Part shown: positions 34,128 to 42,677 of the stretch, piece after piece
How positions within the stretch are numbered: position 1 is the first letter of the stretch
Layout: each line of letters starts with the position of its first letter
DNA from: a bacterium
Lineage (GTDB): Bacteria; Zhuqueibacterota; Zhuqueibacteria; Oceanimicrobiales; Oceanimicrobiaceae
Direction of reading: 5' to 3'
Length of the DNA: 44,320 bases
Assembly: GCA_046756745.1 (NCBI GenBank)
Contig: JBHHWX010000001.1
Location: 1-44,320, forward strand
Made by a program: the position numbers and the translations under genes
The notes under the pieces: model-generated
What the model was told of the DNA's origin: nothing
What the model saw: only the letters and a program-made list of their open reading frames with translations
Databases searched by the model: none

Positions 34128-35645
34128 ATGGAATATTCTGCATTATTACAAAATAATCTCGATAGTTTAAGCTCTTTTGTACCGGAAATCATCCTTACTG
34201 CGCTGATTGTGGTGTTGATCATTGCGGATTTGTTCTTAAAAGAAGCCAAATCCCCCTGGACTTCCATTATTACGCTTATCGGTTTACTCGCGGTTGGCAT
34301 CGCTGTCTATGCGCAATATGAAATGGATAGCCGCTCCCTGTTTAACGATATGCTTGCCCTGGATCCGTTTGCTTTGTTTTTCAAACTCCTTTTCTTGGCT
34401 TCGACAATTTTCGTTGTCTTTTTATCGATCGGGTCGATAGAACTTGCCGGAAGGCCGGTTGGAGAATACTTTACTTTAATTGTCGCGACTACACTGGGCA
34501 TGTTTCTGATGGCCTCGGCGACAAATTTAATCACGATATTCATCGCAATCGAGACCGTGAGCGTCACCTCCTTCATTCTTGCCACTTATCTAAAAACACG
34601 CAGACGATCCAGCGAAGCCGGCCTAAAGTATGCTATTTACGGCGCCTTTTCTTCCGGATTGATGCTTTATGGAATTTCTCTCCTGTACGGTCTCACCGGA
34701 AGTTTAAATATTTATGAAATTAACCAGGTCTTATCCAACAGCAACCCAAACCCGCTGGCGCTTTTTATTTCCGTATTGCTCATTTTCGCGGGATTTGGTT
34801 ATAAAATCGCCTCGGTTCCTTTTCACTTTTGGACTCCGGATGTCTATGAAGGGGCGCCGACGCCGGTAACCGCTTTCTTTTCGGTTGGGCCCAAAGCAGC
34901 AGGTCTTGCGATGCTGATTCGGTTTTTTAATGTAGCGCTCGTCACCGGCGGAACAAATGGGGATGCTTCTGATTGGTATGCCATCACCGGTCTCGATTGG
35001 GCACAATTCTTAGCGGTCATTGCTGCAGCGACCATGACGCTCGGCAACTTGGTCGCCATCGTGCAAACAAATGTAAAAAGACTGTTGGCTTACTCCAGTA
35101 TCGCGCATGCCGGCTATGCCTTGATGGGTGTGGTGGTTTTTTCACAACAAGGTATTTACGCAACCCTGTTCTACCTGGTGGTATATTATTTAATGAATAT
35201 AGGCGCTTTTTTGGTTGTGATTACCAATCAGGATCTCGTCGGCAGCGAAAGCATTGAAGATTATAAAGGGCTTATATGGAGAGCTCCGGTTCCGGCTATT
35301 GCTATGTCGGTATTTCTTTTCTCCTTAACAGGATTGCCTCCAACAGCCGGGTTTATTGGAAAATTTTACTTATTTGCTGCTGTGATTAAAAGCGGTGAGG
35401 CTTTTTACTGGCTCGCTATTGTGGGTATCATAAACAGTGTCATATCACTTTATTATTATGCTCGTATTTTGAAAGCGATGTTTTTTGAAAAATCAGAGAC
35501 AACAGAAACCTTCAAAATAGCTGTGTCTCCTTATTACATCACCCTGCTTGTGGTACTTGTCATTCCAACTATTTTGCTCGGTGTTTACTGGGCGCCATTA
35601 GCCGATTTAGCGAATTATTCGATCGAGTTCATCAGAACTCTCTAA
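34128..35645 (+). CDS. nuoN: NADH-quinone oxidoreductase subunit N
   Basis: ND2-like (GYKIASVPFHFWTPDVYEGAPTPVTAFFSVGPK, LLAYSSIAHAGY). It starts immediately after the nuoM stop; 505 aa. Confidence 0.92.
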   Translation: MEYSALLQNNLDSLSSFVPEIILTALIVVLIIADLFLKEAKSPWTSIITLIGLLAVGIAVYAQYEMDSRSLFNDMLALDPFALFFKLLFLASTIFVVFLSIGSIELAGRPVGEYFTLIVATTLGMFLMASATNLITIFIAIETVSVTSFILATYLKTRRRSSEAGLKYAIYGAFSSGLMLYGISLLYGLTGSLNIYEINQVLSNSNPNPLALFISVLLIFAGFGYKIASVPFHFWTPDVYEGAPTPVTAFFSVGPKAAGLAMLIRFFNVALVTGGTNGDASDWYAITGLDWAQFLAVIAAATMTLGNLVAIVQTNVKRLLAYSSIAHAGYALMGVVVFSQQGIYATLFYLVVYYLMNIGAFLVVITNQDLVGSESIEDYKGLIWRAPVPAIAMSVFLFSLTGLPPTAGFIGKFYLFAAVIKSGEAFYWLAIVGIINSVISLYYYARILKAMFFEKSETTETFKIAVSPYYITLLVVLVIPTILLGVYWAPLADLANYSIEFIRTL

Positions 35646-35648
35646 TCT

Positions 35649-35682
35649 TCACGCAGGAATAATGGCACATCTCTGCGTGTTT
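35649..35682 (+). terminator. Possible intrinsic terminator after nuoN
   Basis: CACGCAG-N16-CTGCGTG followed by TTTC. The stem is modest and the T-tract short. Confidence 0.4.
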
Positions 35683-35732
35683 CTACAAGGTGAACATTAA
35701 AGGTTGTAAATAGGAAGTATCCTCTACATGCT

Positions 35733-37154
35733 ATGAAGACACGGGCACTGCATACGAAAAGGACTTTTCTTTTTAGTCTTTTTACCTTGATTTCCAGCTC
35801 TTTCCTGTTTCTTGGAATTTATTCCCGAGCTCATCTAACGTCAAAATCTATTCCGGGCTCAGGACAAAATCGAAACGGAAAAAAAAACGCTACTTTTCTC
35901 ACACTCAAACAAAAACACATTTCCAAGACTCGTGTTGCCTCTTTTTTCTCTCCGACAAGAAATAAGAATATTTCACCCGCCTACAAATCTTTAGAACAGA
36001 TCGAATCCGATCTACGCTATCTACATCTGAAGTATCCGAAACTTCTTCATTTAGAGAAAATCGGGGAGTCTACTGCGCTGAAGCTGCCGATTTGGGCGGT
36101 AAAAGTTTCCAACAACGCGGCTTACCGGGAAGATGAGCCTAGAATTCTTTTTACAGCCTTACATCACGCCCGGGAGCCGATTGGCGCCAATATTTGTTTG
36201 AATATAATTGAATCGTTGTGCCGTGGTTACGGCGTTGAGCGAAATATCTCGAGATGGTTAAACCAGATTGAAATCTGGTTTGTGCCCGTTGTCAATCCGG
36301 ATGGTTATAAATATGTCATCGACAATGACTTGGGCTTTCCCTGGTGGCGGAAAAATCTGCGAGACAATGATGGCGATGGTATCTTTAACCCCCTGTTTGA
36401 TGGCGTCGATCTGAATCGAAATTATGACTATAATTGGCGGGAGGGCGGCGACGGCAAACTGAGCAGTTGGTTTTATCGCGGGGTGGCGCCGTTTTCAGAA
36501 GATGAAACCTTGAGTATTCAAACCTTGGCGATAAGAGAAAATTTTGTCATGGGCATTTCATATCATAGCTATGGAGAATCTATTCTGTTCCCCTGGGGAA
36601 ATTTTGAGCGTCCGCCGGATCTTGAATTGATTATGGATATCGCCAGCAAGATGGCCTCCAGAATGACAAAAGAATCCGGCCGTGGGCGATATTCCATCCT
36701 TCCGCTCAATGGCCGCGTAGGACAAAGCTCTATTTGGATGTATGGCCAATTGCGGGTTTTGGACTATATTGTAGAGGTAGGAACGGACTATTTCCCCCCG
36801 GAAAATAAGATTGACTCGATACTTCACGAGCACCTGAAAAGCGCCTACTATTTGTTCGACCGAATGCTGCAGACCGGAGTCAAAGGATATGTTTTTGATC
36901 GCCAAACACGCCATCCCCTATTTGCAGAAGTAGAGGTTCGCGAACGTTCCGCACGCAATGTCCGCCCCAGGTTAACGGATTCCGAATTTGGGAGTTTTTA
37001 CCGGCTCCTGAATCCGGGACATTATACGTTGGAAATCAAAAGTGAAGGGTATTATACGAAAATACTCAAGCGTGTGGAAATTAGGAAAAACCGGTTTGTT
37101 ACCTTAAACGTGGGGTTGAGGAAACGGAAGATGAGCAATGGTACATCCCATTAA
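35733..37154 (+). CDS. M14-family zinc carboxypeptidase
   Basis: HHAREPIG (HxxE zinc ligands), NPDGY, DLNRNY and SYHSYGE. The N-terminus has a signal/anchor helix, and the C-terminus has a carboxypeptidase-regulatory-like beta domain. Confidence 0.85.
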   Translation: MKTRALHTKRTFLFSLFTLISSSFLFLGIYSRAHLTSKSIPGSGQNRNGKKNATFLTLKQKHISKTRVASFFSPTRNKNISPAYKSLEQIESDLRYLHLKYPKLLHLEKIGESTALKLPIWAVKVSNNAAYREDEPRILFTALHHAREPIGANICLNIIESLCRGYGVERNISRWLNQIEIWFVPVVNPDGYKYVIDNDLGFPWWRKNLRDNDGDGIFNPLFDGVDLNRNYDYNWREGGDGKLSSWFYRGVAPFSEDETLSIQTLAIRENFVMGISYHSYGESILFPWGNFERPPDLELIMDIASKMASRMTKESGRGRYSILPLNGRVGQSSIWMYGQLRVLDYIVEVGTDYFPPENKIDSILHEHLKSAYYLFDRMLQTGVKGYVFDRQTRHPLFAEVEVRERSARNVRPRLTDSEFGSFYRLLNPGHYTLEIKSEGYYTKILKRVEIRKNRFVTLNVGLRKRKMSNGTSH

Positions 37155-37200
37155 ATATAACCAATCACAGGGGAGAATCAAAAAAGAGGAGTCATCCTGT

Positions 37201-37238
37201 AAATCCGGTGTATCCTGTTATCCTGTCATAAAAAGATT
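37201..37238. repeat. atcctgt-type repeat, family 3, copy 2
   Basis: Near-identical to 27793-27830 and in the same orientation. It lies in the convergent spacer between the M14 peptidase and the RNase H-like gene. Confidence 0.8.
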
Positions 37239-37268
37239 TCGGTTGCCATTAAATGATTCTATGCCCCC

Positions 37269-38504
37269 CTATACCGCTTTCTTCTTAAGTCTATCCTTTC
37301 GGTATTCAAGATCCTCTTTGTAATGCCGCCATTCCCCAAGCCTGTGCAATTCCTCGAGCACGCCCAGTTGTTTTAGCGCTTCTTCGACTAATTTTATTGC
37401 CCTGTCAGGTTCATTTTTCCGATGTTCTAAATATTTGGCGAGCTCGATATAGGGCAGCGGGTGATAGGGGTGAGAGGCAAGACATTCACGCCAAACTTGT
37501 GCCGCTTTTGACCAGTCCGCCAATTTCTTATAATTCAAAGCGATTCGAAACAGAATTTCTTTTTTGCGATCCGATGAATTTTTTGTCAGGTATCCTTCAT
37601 AAAGGTCGTTTGCATCCTTAAATCGCTTTAGCGCTTCGTAAACTTTTGCTATAGCCAAAACCTGTCCTGACTTCACGCATTCCTGTAATGGATTTTCAAA
37701 TATACGCAGCATTCTGACGAGAAGACCAACCATTGAAAGGATATCTTGCTGGTTGTGGTAAAAAATCGGTTTTAATGGATTCGGGTTGCCGGTTCGCATG
37801 TATTCGAAATAAATATGCGGAATTAAGTACCCGGGAATATCCCCTTGACGTCTTACCGCAAGGACGGCCTCTTCAGCGGTTCCTAACGAACAATCGGGAA
37901 GTTCATGTTTCCACAGACGACGCACAGCATGCAACAAGTCCAAATGGGCTAACCTGGTCAATGGAGAATTTATCCGGTGGTACACATGGCGCGATTCTAA
38001 CAACGGCACATCGAAGCATTTACCATTGTAGCTAACGACGAATTCGTGGTTATCTACAACGCTATTGAGCTCATGCAGCAGAGGATGCTCTTCAGTGAAG
38101 TCGTTCATGAAGAACTGCACGATACGAAAAAACTCATTCTTAAAATATCCGATACCCACCAAAAATGCGAAGGTACCGGCGCCCCCGGAAAGACCGGAAG
38201 TCTCCGTGTCGATAAATAGACTTTTTTGCAAGTCAACTGAGGCCAGATCAGGGTTCTTTCCGACCAGGGGTAAAACCGCGGAAGGGGTCGTGAGTAACGC
38301 GCCTAATTCAACGCAACCTTGTTTAAAAGAGAGCGGAAAATCCTTTTCATAATAAAAAAAGGCGCCCGCGGGCGATTCCTTAACGACGCCATCAAGTACG
38401 TGCTCGATTTTTTCTCGAGGTCCGGAGACCGGTTCCGTTGCAGGAGAAACCTCCTGCTTGCGGTTAAGCGATTCGATTTGGCGTAATTTTTCCTTGATGT
38501 CCAT
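37269..38504 (-). CDS. RNase H-like (DEDD-type 3'-5' exonuclease fold, YprB-like) protein with C-terminal TPR region
   Basis: The FIDTETSGL (Exo I-like D.E) and SYNGKCFDVPLL (Exo II-like) motifs are followed by helical repeats (IALNYKKLADWSKAAQVWRECL...). The start lies 14 nt downstream of the SPFH gene stop. Confidence 0.65.
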   Translation of the reverse strand: MDIKEKLRQIESLNRKQEVSPATEPVSGPREKIEHVLDGVVKESPAGAFFYYEKDFPLSFKQGCVELGALLTTPSAVLPLVGKNPDLASVDLQKSLFIDTETSGLSGGAGTFAFLVGIGYFKNEFFRIVQFFMNDFTEEHPLLHELNSVVDNHEFVVSYNGKCFDVPLLESRHVYHRINSPLTRLAHLDLLHAVRRLWKHELPDCSLGTAEEAVLAVRRQGDIPGYLIPHIYFEYMRTGNPNPLKPIFYHNQQDILSMVGLLVRMLRIFENPLQECVKSGQVLAIAKVYEALKRFKDANDLYEGYLTKNSSDRKKEILFRIALNYKKLADWSKAAQVWRECLASHPYHPLPYIELAKYLEHRKNEPDRAIKLVEEALKQLGVLEELHRLGEWRHYKEDLEYRKDRLKKKAV

Positions 38505-38518
38505 CGGGAAGCAGCGGG

Positions 38519-39277
38519 TTATGACTTCCCTTTCCCTTTAACGGAAGTGAGGAAATGATCTACCAAATCGATCGGAAGGGGAAAGACAATGGTCGAGTTG
38601 TTTTCGGCTGCGACTTCGGTCAAAGTTTGTAAAAACCGCAACTGTATGGAGACCGGATCCACGCTCATGACCTTTGCCGCTTCAGCCAATTTTGCGGATG
38701 CTTGCAGCTCGCCCTCAGCATGAATGATCTTAGCGCGTCTTTCACGCTCGGATTCGGCCTGTCGTGCAATCGCCCGTTGCATTTCTTGTGGCAGGTCAAC
38801 GTGTTTTATTTCCACTAAGGAGACTTTAATTCCCCAGGGATCGCTGTGACTATCGATGATTTCCTGTAAGCTGTTGTTTATTTGCTCACGTTCTGCCAAC
38901 ATTTCATCGAGCTCTGCTCCTCCCAGGACGCTTCTCAGGGTGGTTTGAGCCAACTGTGAGGTCGCATACAAGTAGTCTTCGACTTCTGTAATTGCCTTCG
39001 ATGGATCCATGACTCGAAAATAGAGCACGGCATTGACCTTTACCGAAACATTATCTTTCGTGATCACGTCCTGAGAGGGGATGTCCATGGCAACTGTTCG
39101 CAAACTGACACGAACCATGCGGTCAACCACCGGGATGAGGAAGATGAGACCTGGTCCTTTAGCGCCCACCAGGCGCCCCAATCTGAAAATGACGCCGCGT
39201 TCGTATTCACGCAACACACGAATGGCGCTCGCTATAAGCATGCCTCCGAATACAACGATTAAATATAAGAATGGCAT
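38519..39277 (-). CDS. SPFH/band-7 (stomatin-like) protein
   Basis: An N-terminal TM helix is followed by the [13 protein letters not shown]... SPFH core and a C-terminal coiled-coil ([15 protein letters not shown]); 252 aa. Confidence 0.88.
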   Translation of the reverse strand: MPFLYLIVVFGGMLIASAIRVLREYERGVIFRLGRLVGAKGPGLIFLIPVVDRMVRVSLRTVAMDIPSQDVITKDNVSVKVNAVLYFRVMDPSKAITEVEDYLYATSQLAQTTLRSVLGGAELDEMLAEREQINNSLQEIIDSHSDPWGIKVSLVEIKHVDLPQEMQRAIARQAESERERRAKIIHAEGELQASAKLAEAAKVMSVDPVSIQLRFLQTLTEVAAENNSTIVFPLPIDLVDHFLTSVKGKGKS

Positions 39278-39304
39278 CTCAGTCCCTCCATTGATAATGA
39301 TTAA

Positions 39305-40648
39305 TTATGACTTCTTTTCGATTTTAAGTTTCAAGCCATCCACAGAAACAACTCTAATTTTTTCCCCCTTTTTTATCACGTCATCACACTCAGCGTTCCA
39401 AATTTCACCGTGAACTTTGACTTTTCCTTCCGAAGAAACTTTTGTTTGTGCGACGCCGAGCTCACCAATAAGTCCCTCTGAGCCTGTCGTCACTTTTTTG
39501 AAGTGGGTTCGGATAGCCAAAGCGAAAGCAAAAAGAAAAAAGGCGGCTGTCAGAATAACAGCGGAAATAATGGTCCCTAAAGAGATCGAAATGACCGGTT
39601 TAAATATATCCGGCGGATGCTCTATGAGCATCAGCGAGCCTAAGAACATGGCGATAACCCCTCCGATGGTCAGTAAACCGTAACTCGTAATTTTAACTTC
39701 CATGATAAACAGGACGACAGCGAGAAGGATGAGAAGCAGTCCCGAATAATTAACCGGCAGAATCTGAAACGCGAAAAAGGCTAATATAAGCGATAAAGCG
39801 CCTATCACGCCCGGAAAAACAGCGCCTGGGTTTGACAGCTCAAAAAACAGTCCTCCAAGACCTAATAGAAATAGGAGGTAGGCAATGTTTGGATTGGAGA
39901 TCTTGTCGAGAATTCGATAGCGGAAATTCATTTCCTGATAATCGATGCGAGCATTTTTTGTTTTCAACACGCGCTCACCCGAAGCCACTTTGAGCTTCTG
40001 GCCATCGATTTGCTTGAGAAGGCTGTCAACCGACGGAGAAATAAAATTGACGACATTTAGTTGCAGGGCTTCATTTTCTGTGATTGACACGCTTTCTCTG
40101 ACGGCTTGTTCGGCCCACTCGGCGTTGCGGCCGTATCTTTCAGCCGCGGCCCGAATTGTCGAAACCGCATAGTTTGTGACTTTATCATTCATCACGGATG
40201 AGGTGTCAGCGGCGCCTTGAATATTGACCGGATGCGCCGCCCCAATAGTCGTGCTCGGCGCCATCGCCGCGATATGAGCCGCATAGGTGATAAAAACGCC
40301 TGCCGAGGTTGCACTTGACCCCTGAGGCGAAACATAAAGCACGATGGGGACATTAGCTGCAAAAAAGCTTTTGGTAATTTGTTTTGTCGATTCCAATAAT
40401 CCGCCCGGCGTGTCCAGCTCAATAATCAAACATAAAGCCTGTTCCTCTTCCGCTCGCTCAATCGATTTGGTGATAAATTCCGCTGTGATCGGGGTGATAG
40501 CGCTGGCAACTTTGATGACGTGGACGAGTCCACCGGCTTGAGAAGATTCTTGCGGGCTGGTTCGGCCGCTGTTCATTTGACTAAGCAGGATCAAGCCTGC
40601 TAAGGTAATGAGACCGCACGTTTTGGATATGTGATTTTTCAATTTCAT
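39305..40648 (-). CDS. NfeD-family membrane-bound ClpP-class serine protease
   Basis: Signal peptide, a ClpP-like domain (ELDTPGG, GSSATSAGVFI), multiple TM helices, and a C-terminal NfeD OB-fold (KVKVHGEIWNAE...IRVVSVDGLKL). It lies immediately upstream of the SPFH gene, the classic pairing. Confidence 0.88.
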   Translation of the reverse strand: MKLKNHISKTCGLITLAGLILLSQMNSGRTSPQESSQAGGLVHVIKVASAITPITAEFITKSIERAEEEQALCLIIELDTPGGLLESTKQITKSFFAANVPIVLYVSPQGSSATSAGVFITYAAHIAAMAPSTTIGAAHPVNIQGAADTSSVMNDKVTNYAVSTIRAAAERYGRNAEWAEQAVRESVSITENEALQLNVVNFISPSVDSLLKQIDGQKLKVASGERVLKTKNARIDYQEMNFRYRILDKISNPNIAYLLFLLGLGGLFFELSNPGAVFPGVIGALSLILAFFAFQILPVNYSGLLLILLAVVLFIMEVKITSYGLLTIGGVIAMFLGSLMLIEHPPDIFKPVISISLGTIISAVILTAAFFLFAFALAIRTHFKKVTTGSEGLIGELGVAQTKVSSEGKVKVHGEIWNAECDDVIKKGEKIRVVSVDGLKLKIEKKS

Positions 40649-40833
40649 CGTTTTTAATAAATCAGTAAAACCATCAAGTATATTTAAGCTACAGATTCAC
40701 ACTGATGAAACACAGATTTTGTTAATGGCTCTGTGGGATTGTAATTAATTTTTATTTTACTCATTACCGGATGTTTTCATGGCTCATTACTTTCTACTTA
40801 GTGCCTGACCGAAAACTCAGAAATAAGCTCTAA

Positions 40834-40900
40834 GCCCCGTCCCCGGGGTGCCGTAATCTATTGTTTTTACGAAGCCTCAAACGCACCCGGGGACGGGTGC
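40834..40900. repeat. Long GC-rich hairpin between dmpA-like and nfeD genes
   Basis: gccccgtccccggggtgc (40834-40851) pairs with gcacccggggacgggtgc (40883-40900), giving a stem of about 15 bp with one bulge. Each arm contains a ccccgggg-type palindrome. Confidence 0.6.
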
Positions 40901-40968
40901 TTGAGCATTTTAGAGAGTTTTCGTTCAATCACTACTTAAGATATTTCCCAATGAATCGAAATGCATCT

Positions 40969-42183
40969 CTAACGATTTGCTCCCTCATACGTCGGCAGGG
41001 TTTTCTGCCAATTGAGGACACGATATCTTTTACAAATTTCCACGACTTGATTGACCGGTAGCGACGAAATTTCGTGACCATCGCGTCCTTTGACAGTTGA
41101 GGCTTGAAACAGAGAATTGTAAATTGCTTCCTGGGTCGCCTCCACAACCGCCAAAAAAAGCGGCGAGAGCTGGTCGTTTCTTAGTAGTTGTACTGATGTT
41201 ACCTGCTCTTGAGTTTCATGTTCGATGAAATTTTCTCTGAAGGTGGAAAAAGCGATGACATAATCGCCGCTGCCGTTGGATGAGAAGGCGCCGGTTTTTG
41301 AAAGCGCCAGATACGCGCGTTTGGCCAGCCTTTTCAAATTACGAGCGATGATCGGGGCGTCAGTCGCAACGATAATCATACAGGAACCGTCACCGTCCGA
41401 ATATTCAATCCGGTTTTGATACGAATATTTCTGCAGCTCTCTGCCGACCGGGGCGCCATTTATTTCAAGAATTCCGCCAAAATTTGTTTGCACCAAAACC
41501 CCTACAGTAAAACCGCCCAAATTTTTCGGAAGAATACGTGACGAGGTTCCGATGCCGCCTTTAAAACCGAGGCAGATAGTGCCGGTACCGGCGCCGACAG
41601 AACCCTCTGCCACCGGGCCGCTTTTTGCTTTTCTTATTGCCTTAAAAACGTGCTCTTTTGAAACGTGACGTCCCCTGATGTCATTGAGCCAGCCATCGTT
41701 GGTCTCTCCGACAACCGGGTTGATCGACCTGACACGTTCATTGCCGTCAAGCTGCAGCATGTATTCGATGAGAGCATCGGCTACCTTTGGGACGGTTAAA
41801 GTATTCGTCAGCAGAATGGGCGTTTCGAGATTGCCTAATTCTTCGACTTGAGTATAGCCAATGAGTTTCCCAAAGGCATTTCCCAGATAGATCGCAGCCG
41901 GGACCTTTTTGTGAAAGAGATTCCCGCTGTGTGGTAAAATCGCAGTGACGCCGGTGCGAATGTTTTCTCCGGTGCTGAGCGTTTCATGACCGACCCGGAC
42001 ACCTTGGACGTCGGTAATGGCATTCCAGCGTCCAGGCTTGAGAACGCCGATCTCGATTCCCCAATCGCGTGCGCGTTTTTGTGATCCGAATTCAGACACT
42101 CCATAGCCCGACTGATAAGAAAGAATCAGATGAAGAAAAAGCGTAAAGAGAGAAAGAATGACTTGGTTAGATAATGATTTCAA
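40969..42183 (-). CDS. S58 (DmpA/P1-family) aminopeptidase
   Basis: GVTAILPH, GETNDGWLNDI, VGAGTGTICLGFKGGIGTSS and DYVIAFST blocks. The TTG start at 42183 gives a plausible signal peptide (MKSLSNQVILSLFTLFLHLILS). The ORF-track start 42414 would run through repeat DNA. Confidence 0.8.
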   Translation of the reverse strand: MKSLSNQVILSLFTLFLHLILSYQSGYGVSEFGSQKRARDWGIEIGVLKPGRWNAITDVQGVRVGHETLSTGENIRTGVTAILPHSGNLFHKKVPAAIYLGNAFGKLIGYTQVEELGNLETPILLTNTLTVPKVADALIEYMLQLDGNERVRSINPVVGETNDGWLNDIRGRHVSKEHVFKAIRKAKSGPVAEGSVGAGTGTICLGFKGGIGTSSRILPKNLGGFTVGVLVQTNFGGILEINGAPVGRELQKYSYQNRIEYSDGDGSCMIIVATDAPIIARNLKRLAKRAYLALSKTGAFSSNGSGDYVIAFSTFRENFIEHETQEQVTSVQLLRNDQLSPLFLAVVEATQEAIYNSLFQASTVKGRDGHEISSLPVNQVVEICKRYRVLNWQKTLPTYEGANR

Positions 42184-42300
42184 GTGAGTGATAAATATTT
42201 GAGAGCATTTTATATTGCTTAAACTTAATAAAAAGCCTGACGAAAAGCAACTGTTTTTAAATTCGAAAAGTAATCGGTCTGTTAGGTGCCGGCGGCGGAG

Positions 42301-42405
42301 TACAAGCTTCAGCTTGTTTTGGGGAAGGCTGGACAAGAACACGCGAAAGCGTGAACACCCTCTGTTTTCTTCGCGAAGGCGTCCAGCCGAGCGTTTTTGC
42401 CCTGA
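42301..42405. repeat. Palindromic module cluster
   Basis: tacaagcttcagcttg (42301-42316) is identical to 1489-1504. It is followed by the ggctggac...gtccagcc stem, which encloses the cacgc-gaaa-gcgtg and ttcgcgaa palindromes. Confidence 0.55.
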
Positions 42406-42677
42406 AGCCTGCAATGCTTCTATGCTACTTCAATGAAATTTGTATTACAGAAAATGCTTGACTTTTAAAGACATTTTTATTAAACTTTGCCAATGAAAAT
42501 CCCTGTAGCTTCGTGTGTGGCTAAAATCAAAGAGCTAATATCTTCATAATGGGAGCTTAGCTCTGGGCGCGTATTGCATGCCTCATTTTTTTGTTCGTGG
42601 AAGCAAAAAACGTTCAGGCGGTGCCCACCGTGCCTAACGCGGTTCTTTGATTTCCCACACAGAAATGCAGGGATTTT

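Noticed and set aside
40861-41147. Small ORFs 40861-41061 (plus) and 40932-41147 (minus).
   Set aside because: They overlap the 3' end of the S58 peptidase gene or the GC hairpin and have no independent support.
1489-42405. Possibility that the recurring palindromic repeats form a CRISPR array.
   Set aside because: The copies are scattered over 40 kb, lie in different orientations, lack regular repeat-spacer periodicity, and have no cas genes nearby.
42184-42414. N-terminal 77 codons of ORF 40969-42414.
   Set aside because: This arginine-rich translation runs over palindromic repeat DNA. TTG at 42183 yields a normal signal peptide immediately before the conserved S58 domain.
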